Notes under the pieces: generated by a model | Databases searched by the model: none | Seen by the model: only the letters and a program-made list of their open reading frames with translations | Told to the model about the DNA's origin: nothing | Part shown: positions 12,494 to 24,950 of the stretch, in pieces | Layout: every line of letters starts with the position of its first letter | Position numbering within the stretch: the first letter of the stretch is position 1 | Assembly: GCA_951406725.2 (NCBI GenBank) | Contig: OX597814.1 | Coordinates: 64,232,001-64,296,000 of the forward strand | DNA: 64,000 nt | Source: Octopus vulgaris | Lineage: Eukaryota | Reading direction: 5' to 3' | Made by a program: the position numbers and the translations under genes

Positions 12494-12869
12494 GACTAGA
12501 GGGTCAATTCACCTTCTTCGGAAGGTTTCCACACGTGGAGGCAAACGCCTCGCGCGATAATAATCAATTTACACAACAAAATTTCACTGTCTAGTCACAG
12601 ATAACAACACGCATAGATTTCCGACACGTGATTTTATTATTACCCACGAGGGGCGAACATAGAGGGGACAGTACAATCGGGGAACTTAAAATAAGAAAGC
12701 AAATGACAAGAAAAGGAAAAAATAAAAGTAAAAAATGACATATGAAAGAATATTTACAATGAGATGCAAATGCCCACTCGATCCCCGGAATCGAGAGGTT
12801 ACATTTTCGTCACATATAGTTCACAATATTTTCTTTTTTCTCTTCTTTCTTCTTTCTCTTCTCACAGTT

Positions 12870-14272
12870 CTAAACATATTCCATGATAGTTTTCAATTCT
12901 CTAAAGTCTATCACTGAGCCCTCAGGCAGCCGCTCTCTCACTCGAACACTCGTGTAAAATGTTACACTCTCACCGGCAGCTCTGAGGAACTCAGCGACTC
13001 TTTCTTCGGGGATTAGAGCAGTCTCCTGCCACTGATCGGTCATCCTGTCGACCCATATATGTCCCTCCGTACTACTTGTCAATTCTTTCATTTCAGGGCA
13101 GAAATGGAAGGTTACTAACTTGTAGAAGCCGTGATCTTGTTTCCGTCCTACGTTTTCCCTCGTTTTTCTTTTCGGGCTTATTTCTTCCTTGTTCTCCTCT
13201 CTTTGTTTCTCTCTTTCTCTCTTTTTGCCTTCTTTCCTTTCCTCTTCCTTCTCTTGTCTTTTTGGTTCTTTGTCTGTTCTCTCTTTCTCTCGTGTTTTAT
13301 GTTCCTTTTCTTTTTCTTTTTGTGTGCCGTCTTTTCTTTTCGTTTGGTTCTGATCTCTCTCTTGTTTTTTTCCTGTTGTTTCTTTTTCCTTTTTCTTTTC
13401 CTGACTCTGTTTTGGTTCTATTTCTTTCTTTTCTTTTATTTCTTTTTCCTTCATTGACTTATTATTTCCTTTCTCTTGTTGTTTTGTTTCCTTTTCTATG
13501 TTTTCTTTTTCATTTACCGTATTCTTCTTTTCGAGCTCCTGCTCGCACTCCGCTACGAATTCGTATAACGGGCACTCTTTTTTAATGTGCCCCCTTGTCC
13601 CGCACAAGTAGCAGTTTGGCTTTCTTCCCTCTACAATTACACTGAGGGTTTTCTCATCTTCAATTTCTATTCTGTAGGGGAACCTTTCAATGTCCTCTTT
13701 TGTGGCCATCAAACACAGTTCCACCCCATATCCTCTCCAGTTTATCACGTTGGACTCCTTAAAGGATTCCACCTCCACTTCCTCTTCTGCTGCTCCTAGA
13801 ATAGCTGTTGCCAGCCATTCTGTTTTTACTTCTGGGGGTATATTCGGGATTTTAACCCGGACCCCTCTTCTTCCCTTGTATGAGGGCCACATTATAAATG
13901 TTTCCGCTCTTAGTACAGTGGTAGCCAGTGAGGCTGCAATTTCTTCCGTTGCATATCTCACCTCCACCGTACCAAATTTCTTGCCTCTACTCACGTAGGT
14001 CGATTTCCCCATTATGTCTCCCAGACATTTTTCGATTTCTGCTATCTCCACTCTTGCCAGTTTCTTTGTATTTTTGTCCTGGGTTCTATATGTTACAGTC
14101 TTGTTTTCTTTGTCCTCTTTTGCTTTCGCGGGGGGATTAGCTTCACGCTATCACCCTCCCTTTTGAATAGCTTTTCATATTCTTTGAGTTTACTTTTCTC
14201 AAAGAAAACATCCTTCACGATTATCGACGAATCATTATTTTTCTTTCCCGTGACCCCCGCGTAAGTCGCCAT
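12870..14272 (-). CDS. ORF1-like protein, unit 2 (one -1 shift at C6)
   Basis: 393-aa open segment plus upstream MATYAG segment; 1403 nt versus 1404 in intact unit 4. Confidence 0.85.
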
Positions 14273-14648
14273 GACTAGAGGGTCAATTCACCTTCTTCGG
14301 AAGGTTTCCACACGTGGAGGCAAACGCCTCGCGCGATAATAATCAATTTACACAACAAAATTTCACTGTCTAGTCACAAATAACAACACGCATAGATTTC
14401 CGACACGTGATTTTATTATTACCCACGAGGGGCGAACATAGAGGGGACAGTACAATCGGGGAACTTAAAATAAGAAAGCAAATGACAAGAAAAGGAAAAA
14501 ATAAAAGTAAAAAATGACATATGAAAGAATATTTACAATGAGATGCAAATGCCCACTCGATCCCCGGAATCGAGAGGTTACATTTTCGTCACATATAGTT
14601 CACAATATTTTCTTTTTTCTCTTCTTTCTTCTCTCTCTTCTCACAGTT

Positions 14649-16052
14649 CTAAACATATTCCATGATAGTTTTCAATTCTCTAAAGTCTATCACTGAGCCC
14701 TCAGGCAGCCGCTCTCTCACTCGAACACTCGTGTAAAATGTTACACTCTCACCGGCAGCTCTGAGGAACTCAGCGACTCTTTCTTCGGGGATTAGAGCAG
14801 TCTCCTGCCACTGATCGGTCATCCTGTCGACCCATATATGTCCCTCCGTACTACTTGTCAATTCTTTCATTTCAGGGCAGAAATGGAAGGTTACTAACTT
14901 GTAGAAGCCGTGATCTTGTTTCCGTCCTACGTTTTCCCTCGTTTTTCTTTTCGGGCTTATTTCTTCCTTGTTCTCCTCTCTTTGTTTCTCTCTTTCTCTC
15001 TTTTTGCCTTCTTTCCTTTCCTCTTCCTTCTCTTGTCTTTTTGGTTCTTTGTCTGTTCTATCTTTCTCTCGTGTTTTATGTTCCTTTTCTTTTTCTTTTT
15101 GTGTGCCGTCTTTTCTTTTCGTTTGGTTCTGATCTCTCTCTTGTTTTTTTCCTGTTGTTTCTTTTTCCTTTTTCTTTTCCTGACTCTGTTTTGGTTCTAT
15201 TTCTTTCTTTTCTTTTATTTCTTTTTCCTTCATTGACTTATTATTTCCTTTCTCTTGTTGTTTTGTTTCCTTTTCTATGTTTTCTTTTTCATTTACCGTA
15301 TTCTTCTTTTCGAGTTCCTGCTCGCACTCCGCTACGAATTCGTATAACGGGCACTCTTTTTTAATGTGCCCCCTTGTCCCGCACAAGTAGCAGTTTGGCT
15401 TTCTTCCCTCTACAATTACACTGAGGGTTTTCTCGTCTTCAATTTCTATTCTGTAGGGGAACCTTTCAATGTCCTCTTTTGTGGCCATCAAACACAGTTC
15501 CACCCCATATCCTCTCCAGTTTATCACGTTGGACTCCTTAAAGGATTCCACCTCCACTTCCTCTTCTGCTTGCTCCTAGAATAGCTGTTGCCAGCCATTC
15601 TGTTTTTACTTCTGGGGGTATATTCGGGATTTTAACCCGGACCCCTCTTCTTCCCTTGTATGAGGGCCACATTATAAATGTTTCCGCTCTTAGTACAGTG
15701 GTAGCCAGTGAGGCTGCAATTTCTTCCGTTGCATATCTCACCTCCACCGTACCAAATTTCTTGCCTCTACTCACGTAGGTCGATTTCCCCATTATGTCTC
15801 CCAGACATTTTTCGATTTCTGCTATCTCCACTCTTGCCAGTTTCTTTGTATTTTTGTCCTGGGTTCTATATGTTACAGTCTTGTTTTCTTTGTCCTCTTT
15901 TGCTTTCGCGGGGGGATTAGCTTCACGCTATCACCCTCCCTTTTGAATAGCTTTTCATATTCTTTGAGTTTACTTTTCTCAAAGAAAACATCCTTCACGA
16001 TTATCGACGAATCATTATTTTTCTTTCCCGTGACCCCCGCGTAAGTCGCCAT
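14649..16052 (-). CDS. ORF1-like protein, unit 3 (C6 shift plus 1-nt insertion near 15570)
   Basis: Split ORFs 15831-15538 and 15557-14649. Confidence 0.8.
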
Positions 16053-16428
16053 GACTAGAGGGTCAATTCACCTTCTTCGGAAGGTTTCCACACGTGGAGG
16101 CAAACGCCTCGCGCGATAATAATCAATTTACACAACAAAATTTCACTGTCTAGTCACAAATAACAACACGCATAGATTTCCGACACGTGATTTTATTATT
16201 ACCCACGAGGGGCGAACATAGAGGGGACAGTACAATCGGGGAACTTAAAATAAGAAAGCAAATGACAAGAAAAGGAAAAAATAAAAGTAAAAAATGACAT
16301 ATGAAAGAATATTTACAATGAGATGCAAATGCCCACTCGATCCCCGGAATCGAGAGGTTACATTTTCGTCACATATAGTTCACAATATTTTCTTTTTTCT
16401 CTTCTTTCTTCTCTCTCTTCTCACAGTT

Positions 16429-17832
16429 CTAAACATATTCCATGATAGTTTTCAATTCTCTAAAGTCTATCACTGAGCCCTCAGGCAGCCGCTCTCTCAC
16501 TCGAACACTCGTGTAAAATGTTACACTCTCACCGGCAGCTCTGAGGAACTCAGCGACTCTTTCTTCGGGGATTAGAGCAGTCTCCTGCCACTGATCGGTC
16601 ATCCTGTCGACCCATATATGTCCCTCCGTACTACTTGTCAATTCTTTCATTTCAGGGCAGAAATGGAAGGTTACTAACTTGTAGAAGCCGTGATCTTGTT
16701 TCCGTCCTACGTTTTCCCTCGTTTTTCTTTTCGGGCTTATTTCTTCCTTGTTCTCCTCTCTTTGTTTCTCTCTTTCTCTCTTTTTGCCTTCTTTCCTTTC
16801 CTCTTCCTTCTCTTGTCTTTTTGGTTCTTTGTCTGTTCTATCTTTCTCTCGTGTTTTATGTTCCTTTTCTTTTTCTTTTTGTGTGCCGTCTTTTCTTTTC
16901 GTTTGGTTCTGATCTCTCTCTTGTTTTTTTCCTGTTGTTTCTTTTTCCTTTTTCTTTTCCTGACTCTGTTTTGGTTCTATTTCTTTCTTTTCTTTTATTT
17001 CTTTTTCCTTCATTGACTTATTATTTCCTTTCTCTTGTTGTTTTGTTTCCTTTTCTATGTTTTCTTTTTCATTTACCGTATTCTTCTTTTCGAGTTCCTG
17101 CTCGCACTCCGCTACGAATTCGTATAACGGGCACTCTTTTTTAATGTGCCCCCTTGTCCCGCACAAGTAGCAGTTTGGCTTTCTTCCCTCTACAATTACA
17201 CTGAGGGTTTTCTCGTCTTCAATTTCTATTCTGTAGGGGAACCTTTCAATGTCCTCTTTTGTGGCCATCAAACACAGTTCTACCCCATATCCTCTCCAGT
17301 TTATCACGTTGGACTCCTTAAAGGATTCCACCTCCACTTCCTCTTCTGCTGCTCCTAGAATAGCTGTTGCCAGCCATTCTGTTTTTACTTCTGGGGGTAT
17401 ATTCGGGATTTTAACCCGGACCCCTCTTCTTCCCTTGTATGAGGGCCACATTATAAATGTTTCCGCTCTTAGTACAGTGGTAGCCAGTGAGGCTGCAATT
17501 TCTTCCGTTGCACATCTCACCTCCACCGTACCAAATTTCTTTCCTCTACTCACGTAGGTCGATTTCCCCATTATGTCTCCCAGACATTTTTCGATTTCTG
17601 CTATCTCCACTCTTGCCAGTTTCTTTGTATTTTTGTCTTGGGTTCTATATGTTACAGTCTTGTTTTCTTTGTCCTCTTTTGCTTTCGCGGGGGGGATTAG
17701 CTTCACGCTATCACCCTCCCTTTTGAATAGCTTTTCATATTCTTTGAGTTTACTTTTCTCAAAGAAAACATCCTTCACGATTATCGACGAATCATTATTT
17801 TTCTTTCCCGTGACCCCCGCGTAAGTCGCCAT
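16429..17832 (-). CDS. ORF1-like protein, unit 4, intact 467 aa (RRM-like region, CCHC knuckle, K/E-rich linker, C-terminal domain)
   Basis: Uninterrupted ATG to stop with C7 run. Homologous to the autonomous ORF1: STYVSRGKKFGTVEVR vs ITYINRGKKYGTVEVR; NIPPE in both; VEGRKPNCYLCGTRGH vs VEGRKPRCFGCGKKGH. Confidence 0.92.
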   Translation of the reverse strand: MATYAGVTGKKNNDSSIIVKDVFFEKSKLKEYEKLFKREGDSVKLIPPAKAKEDKENKTVTYRTQDKNTKKLARVEIAEIEKCLGDIMGKSTYVSRGKKFGTVEVRCATEEIAASLATTVLRAETFIMWPSYKGRRGVRVKIPNIPPEVKTEWLATAILGAAEEEVEVESFKESNVINWRGYGVELCLMATKEDIERFPYRIEIEDEKTLSVIVEGRKPNCYLCGTRGHIKKECPLYEFVAECEQELEKKNTVNEKENIEKETKQQEKGNNKSMKEKEIKEKKEIEPKQSQEKKKEKETTGKKQERDQNQTKRKDGTQKEKEKEHKTREKDRTDKEPKRQEKEEERKEGKKREREKQREENKEEISPKRKTRENVGRKQDHGFYKLVTFHFCPEMKELTSSTEGHIWVDRMTDQWQETALIPEERVAEFLRAAGESVTFYTSVRVRERLPEGSVIDFRELKTIMEYV

Positions 17833-18211
17833 GACTAGAGGGTCAATTCACCTTCTTCGGAAGGTTTCCACACGTGGAGGCAAACGCCTCGCGCGATAAT
17901 AATCACTTTACACAACAAAATTTCAACGTCTAATCACAGATAACAACACGCAAATTGATTTCCGACACGTGATTTTATTACTACCCACAAGGGGCGAACA
18001 TAGAGGGGACAATACAATCGAGGAACTTAAAATAAGAAAGCGAAATGACAAGAAAGGGAAAAAATAAAAGTAAAAAATGACATATGAAAGAATATTTACA
18101 ATGAGATGCAAATGCCCACTCGATCCCCGAAATCGAGAGGTTACATTTTCGTCACATATATTTCACAATAATTTTCTTTTTTCTCTTCTTTCTTCTCTCT
18201 CTCTCACAATT

Positions 18212-19614
18212 TTATACGTATTCCATAATACCTTTCAAGTCTCTAAAGTCAATCACTGAGCCCTCAGGCAGCCGCTCTTTCATTCGAACACCCGTGTAAA
18301 AAATTACACTCTCTCCGGCAGCTCTGAGGAACTCAGCGACTCTTTCTTCGGGGATCAGAGCAGTCTCCTGCCACTGATCAGTCATCCTGTCGACCCACAC
18401 ATGTCCCTCCGTACTACATGTCAATTCCTTCATTTCAGGGCAGAAATGGAAGGTTACTAACTTGTAGAAGCCGTGATCTTGTTTCCGTCCTACGTTTTCC
18501 CTCGTTTTTCTTTTCGGGCTTATTTCTTCCTTGTTCTCCTCTCTTTGTTTCTCTCTTTCTCTCTTTTTGCCTTCTTTTCTTTCCTCTTCCTTCTCTTGTC
18601 TTTTTGGTTCTTTGTCTGTTCTCTCTTTCTCTCGTGTTTTATGTTCCTTTTCTTTTTCTTTTTGTGTGCCGTCTTTTCTTTTCGTTTGGTTCTGATCTCT
18701 CTCTTGTTTTTTTCCTGTTGTTTCTTTTTCCTTTTTCTTTTCCTGACTCTGTTTTGGTTCTATTTCTTTCTTTTCTTTTATTTCTTTTTCCTTCATTGAC
18801 TTATTATTTCCTTTCTCTTGTTGTTTTGTTTCCTTTTCTATGTTTTCTTTTTCATTTACCGTATTCTTCTTTTCGAGCTCCTGCTCGCACTCCGCTACGA
18901 ATTCGTATAACGGGCACTCTTTTTTAATGTGCCCCCTTGTCCCGCACAAGTAGCAGTTTGGCTTTCTTCCCTCTACAATTACACTGAGGGTTTTCTCATC
19001 TTCAATTTCTATTCTGTAGGGGAACCTTTCAATGTCCTCTTTTGTGGCCATCAAACACAGTTCCACCCCATATCCTCTCCAGTTTATCACGTTGGACTCC
19101 TTAAAGGATTCCACCTCCACTTCCTCTTCTGCTGCTCCTAGAATAGCTGTTGCCAGCCATTCTGTTTTTACTTCTGGGGGTATATTCGGGATTTTAACCC
19201 GGACCCCTCTTCTTCCCTTGTATGAGGGCCACATTATAAATGTTTCCGCTCTTAGTACAGTGGTAGCCAGTGAGGCTGCAATTTCTTCCGTTGCATATCT
19301 CACCTCCACCGTACCAAATTTCTTGCCTCTACTCACGTAGGTCGATTTCCCCATTATGTCTCCCAGACATTTTTCGATTTCTGCTATCTCCACTCTTGCC
19401 AGTTTCTTTGTATTTTTTTCTTGGGTTCTATATGTTACAGTCTTGTTTTCTTTGTCCTCTTTTGCTTTCGCGGGGGGATTAGCTTCACGCTATCACCCTC
19501 CCTTTTGAATAGTTTTTCATATTCTTTGAGTTTACTCTTCTCAAAGAAAACCTCCTTCACGATTATTGCCGAATCATTATTTTTCTTTCCCGTGACCCCC
19601 GCGTAAGTCGCCAT
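18212..19614 (-). CDS. ORF1-like protein, unit 5 (C6 shift; mosaic of the two subtypes)
   Basis: 393-aa open segment; N-terminal part like unit 2, C-terminus LKGIMEYV like unit 6. Confidence 0.85.
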
Positions 19615-19991
19615 GACTAGAGGGTCAATTCACCTTCTTCGGAAGGTTTCCAAACGTGGAGGCAAACGCCTCGCGCGATATTAATCACTTTACACAACAA
19701 AATTTCAACGTCTAATCACAGATAACAACACGCATAGATTTCCGACACGTGATTTTATTACTACCCACAAGGGGCGAACATAGAGGGGACAATACAATCG
19801 GGGAACTTAAAATAAGAAAGCGAAATGACAAGAAAAGGAAAAAATAAAAATAAAAATGACAAATGAAAGAATATTTACAATGAGATGCAAATGCCCACTC
19901 GATCCCCGGAATCGAGAGGTTACATTTTCGTCACATATATTTCACAATAATTTTCTTTTTTCTCTTCTTTCTTCTCTCTCTTCTCACAATT

Positions 19992-21390
19992 TTATACGTA
20001 TTCCATAATACCTTTCAAGTCTCTAAAGTCAATCACTGAGCCCTCAGGCAGCCGCTCTTTCATTCGAACACCCGTGTAAAAAATTACACTCTCTCCAGCT
20101 GCTCTGAGGAACTCAGCGACTCTTTCTTCGGGGATCAGAGCAGTCTCCTGCCACTGATCAGTCATCCTGTTGACCCACACATGTCCCTCCGTACTACATG
20201 TCAATTCCTTCATTTCGGGGCTGAAATGGAAGGTTATTAACTTGTAGTAATCTTGTTTCCGTCCTACGTTTTCTCTCGTTTTTCTTTTCGGGCTTACTTC
20301 TTCCTTGTTCTCCTCTCTTTGTTTCTCTCTTTCTCTCTTTTTGCCTTCTTTTCTTTCTTCTTCCTTCTCTTGTCTTTTTGGTTCTTTGTCTGTTCTATCT
20401 TTCTCTCGTGTTTTATGTTCCTTTTCTTTTTCTTTTTGTGTACCGTCTTTTCTTTTCGTTTGGTTCTGATCTCTCTCTTGTTTTTTTCCTGTTGTTTCTT
20501 TTTCCTTTTTCTTTTCCTGACTCTGTTTTGGTTCTATTTCTTTCTTTTCTTTTATTTCTTTTTCCTTCGTTGACTTATTATTTCCTTTCTCTTGTTGTTT
20601 TGTCTCCTTTTCTATGTTTTCTTTTTCATTTACCGTATTCTTCTTTTCTTCAATTTCCTTCTCATACTCCGCTATGAATTCGTATAACGGGCACTCTTTT
20701 TTAATGTGCCCCCTTGTCCCGCACAAGTAGCAGTTTGGCTTTCTTCCCTCTACAATTACACTGAGGGTTTTCTCGTCTTCGATTTCTATTCTATAGGGGA
20801 ACCTTTCAATGTCCTCTTTTGTGGCCATCAAACACAGTTCTACCCCATATCCTCTCCAATTTACTGCATTGGACTCCTTAAAGGATTCCACCTCCACTTC
20901 CTCTTCTGCTGCTCCTAGAATAGCTGTTGCCAGCCATTCTGTTTTTACTTCTGGGGGTATATTCGGGATTTTAACCGGACCCCTCTTCTTCCCTTGTATG
21001 AGGGCCACATTATAAATGTTTCCGCTCTTAGAACAGTGGTAGCCAGTGAGGCTGCAATTTCTTCCGTTGCACATCTCACCTCCACCGTACCAAATTTTTT
21101 TCCTCTACTCACGTAGGTCGATTTATCCATTATGTCTCCCAGACATTTTTCGATCTCTGCTATCTCCACTCTTGCCAGTTTCTTTGTACTTTTGTCCTGG
21201 GTTCTATACGTTACAGTTTTGTTTTCTTTGTCCTCTTTTGCTTTCGCGGGGGGATTAGCTTCACGCTATCACCCTCCCTTTTGAATAGTTTTTCATATTC
21301 TTTGAGTTTACTCTTCTCAAAGAAAACATCCTTCACGATTATTGCCGAATCATTATTATTCTTTCCCGTGACCCCCGCGTAAGTCGCCAT
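19992..21390 (-). CDS. ORF1-like protein, unit 6 (C6 shift plus 1-nt deletion near 20975)
   Basis: Split ORFs 21169-20945 and 21074-19992. Confidence 0.8.
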
Positions 21391-21769
21391 GACTAGAGGG
21401 TCAATTCACCTTCTTCGGAAGGTTTCCAAACGTGGAGGCAAATGCCTCGCGCGATATTAATCACTTTACACAACAAAATTTCAACGTCTAATCACAGATA
21501 ACAACACGTATAGATTTCCGACACGTGATTTTATTACTACCCACAAGGGGCGAACATAGAGGGGACAATACAATCGGGGAACTTAAAATAAGAAAGCGAA
21601 ATGACAAGAAGGGAAAAAAATAAAAATAAAAATGACAAATGAAAGAATATTTACAATGAGATGCAAATGCCCACTCGATCCCCGGAATCGAGAGGTTACA
21701 TTTTCGTCACATATAGTTCACAATTTTTTTCCTCTTTTTCTCTTCTTTCTTCTCTCTCCTCTCACAATC

Positions 21770-23169
21770 TCACACGTATTCCATAATACTTTTCAAGTCT
21801 CTAAAGTCAATCACTGAGCCCTCAGGCAGCCGCTCTTTCACTCGAACACCCGTGTAAAAAATTACACTCTCTCCAGCTGCTCTGAGGAACTCAGCGACTC
21901 TTTCTTCGGGGATCAGAGCAGTCTCCTGCCACTGATCAGTCATCCTGTTGACCCACACATGTCCCTCCATACTACATGTCAATTCCTTCATTTCGGGGCT
22001 GAAATGGAAGGTTATTAACTTGTAGTAATCTTGTTTCCGTCCTACGTTTTCTCTCGTTTTTCTTTTCGGGCTTACTTCTTCCTTGTTCTCCTCTCTTTGT
22101 TTCTCTCTTTCTCTCTTTTTGCCTTCTTTTCTTTCTTCTTCCTTCTCTTGTCTTTTTGGTTCTTTGTCTGTTCTATCTTTCTCTCGTGTTTTATGTTCCT
22201 TTTCTTTTTCTTTTTGTGTGCCGTCTTTTCTTTTCGTTTGGTTCTGTTCTCTCTCTTGTTTTTTTCCTGTTGTTTCTTTTTCCTTTTTCTTTTCCTGACT
22301 CTGTTTTGGTTCTATTTCTTTCTTTTCTTTTATTTCTTTTTCCTTCGTTGACTTATTATTTCCTTTCTCTTGTTGTTTTGTCTCCTTTTCTATGTTTTCT
22401 TTTTCATTTACCGTATTCTTCTTTTCTTCATTTTCCTTCTCATACTCCGCCATGAATTCATATAACGGGCACTCTTTTTTAATGTGCCCCCTTGTCCCGC
22501 ACAAGTAGCAGTTTGGCTTTCTTCCCTCTACAATTACACTGAGGGTTTTCTCGTCTTCGATTTCTATTCTATAGGGGAACCTTTCAATGTCCTCTTTTGT
22601 GGCCATCAAACACAGTTCTACCCCATATCCTCTCCAATTTACTGCATTGGACTCCTTAAAGGATTCCACCTCCACTTCCTCTTCTGCTGCTCCTAGAATA
22701 GCTGTTGCCAGCCATTCTGTTTTTACTTCTGGGGGTATATTCGGGATTTTAACCCGGACCCCTCTTCTTCCCTTGTATGAGGGCCACATTATAAATGATT
22801 CCGCTCTTAGAACAGTGGTAGCCAGTGAGGCTGCAATTTCTTCCGTTGCACATCTCACCTCCACCGTACCAAATTTTTTTCCTCTACTCACGTAGGTCGA
22901 TTTATCCATTATGTCTCCCAGACATTTTTCGATCTCTGCTATCTCCACTCTTGCCAGTTTCTTTGTACTTTTGTCCTGGGTTCTATACGTTACAGTTTTG
23001 TTTTCCTTGTCCTCCTTTGCTTTCGCGGGGGGATTAGCTTCACGCTATCACCCTCCCTTTTGAATAGCTTTTCATATTCTTTGATTTTACTTTTCTCAAA
23101 GAAAACATCCTTCACGATTATTGCCGAATCATTATTATTCTTTCCCGTGACCCCCGCGTAAGTCGCCAT
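21770..23169 (-). CDS. ORF1-like protein, unit 7 (C6 shift)
   Basis: 392-aa open segment plus upstream MATYAG segment. Confidence 0.85.
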
Positions 23170-23548
23170 GACTAGAGGGTCAATTCACCTTCTTCTGAAG
23201 GTTTCCAAACGTGGAGGCAAACGCCTCGCGCGATATTAATCACTTTACACAACAAAATTTCACTGTCTAATCACAGATAACAACACGCATAGATTTCCGA
23301 CACGTGATTTTATTATTACCCACGAGGGGCGAACATAGAGGGGACAATACAATCGGGGAACTTAAAATAAGAAAGCAAATGACAAGAAAAGGAAAAAATA
23401 AAAGTAAAAAATGACATATGAAAGAATATTTACAATGAGATGCAAATGCCCACTCGATCCCCGGAATCGAGAGGTTACATTTTCGTCACATATAGTTCAC
23501 AATTTTTTTCTCTTTTTTCTCTTCTTTCTTCTCTCTCCTCTCACAATC

Positions 23549-24950
23549 TCACACGTATTCCATAATACTTTTCAAGTCTCTAAAGTCAATCACTGAGCCC
23601 TCAGGCAGCCGCTCTTTCACTCGAACACCCGTGTAAAAAATTACACTCTCTCCAGCTGCTCTGAGGAACTCAGCGACTCTTTCTTCGGGGATCAGAGCAG
23701 TCTCCTGCCACTGATCAGTCATCCTGTTGACCCACACATGTCCCTCCATACTACATGTCAATTCCTTCATTTCGGGGCTGAAATGGAAGGTTATTAACTT
23801 GTAGTAATCTTGTTTCCGTCCTACGTTTTCTCTCGTTTTTCTTTTCGGGCTTACTTCTTCCTTGTTCTCCTCTCTTTGTTTCTCTCTTTCTCTCTTTTTG
23901 CCTTCTTTTCTTTCTTCTTCCTTCTCTTGTCTTTTTGGTTCTTTGTCTGTTCTCTCTTTCTCTCGTGTTTTATGTTCCTTTTCTTTTTCTTTTTGTGTGC
24001 CGTCTTTTCTTTTCGTTTGGTTCTGTTCTCTCTCTTGTTTTTTTCCTGTTGTTTCTTTTTCCTTTTTCTTTTCCTGACTCTGTTTTGGTTCTATTTCTTT
24101 CTTTTCTTTTATTTCTTTTTCCTTCGTTGACTTATTATTTCCTTTCTCTTGTTGTTTTGTCTCCTTTTCTATGTTTTCTTTTTCATTTACCGTATTCTTC
24201 TTTTCTTCATTTTCCTTCTCATACTCCGCTATGAATTCATATAACGGGCACTCTTTTTTAATGTGCCCCCTTGTCCCGCACAAGTAGCAGTTTGGCTTTC
24301 TTCCCTCTACAATTACACTGAGGGTTTTCTCGTCTTCGATTTCTATTCTATAGGGGAACCTTTCAATGTCCTCTTTTGTGGCCATCAAACACAGTTCTAC
24401 CCCATATCCTCTCCAATTTACTGCGTTGGACTCCTTAAAGGATTCCACCTCCACTTCCTCTTCTGCTGCTCCTAGAATAGCTGTTGCCAGCCATTCTGTT
24501 TTTACTTCTGGGGGTATATTCGGGATTTTAACCCGGACCCCTCTTCTTCCCTTGTATGAGGGCCACATTATAAATGATTCCGCTCTTAGAACAGTGGTAG
24601 CCAGTGAGGCTGCAATTTCTTCCGTTGCACATCTCACCTCCACCGTACCAAATTTTTTTCCTCTACTCACGTAGGTCGATTTATCCATTATGTCTCCCAG
24701 ACATTTTTCGATCTCTGCTATCTCCACTCTTGCCAGTTTCTTTGTACTTTTGTCCTGGGTTCTATACGTTACAGTTTTGTTTTCCTTTGTCCTCCTTTGC
24801 TTTCGCGGGGGGGATTAGCTTCACGCTATCACCCTCCCTTTTGAATAGCTTTTCATATTCTTTGATTTTACTTTTCTCAAAGAAAACATCCTTCACGATT
24901 ATTGCCGAATCATTATTATTCTTTCCCGTGACCCCCGCGTAAGTCGCCAT
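23549..24950 (-). CDS. ORF1-like protein, unit 8 (C7 but 1-nt insertion near 24787)
   Basis: ORFs 24950-24762 and 24727-23549. Confidence 0.85.

Noticed and set aside
11295-24942. Many plus-strand F/L/S-rich ORFs inside the array that look like membrane proteins
   Set aside because: Antisense shadows of the K/E-rich minus-strand ORF1.
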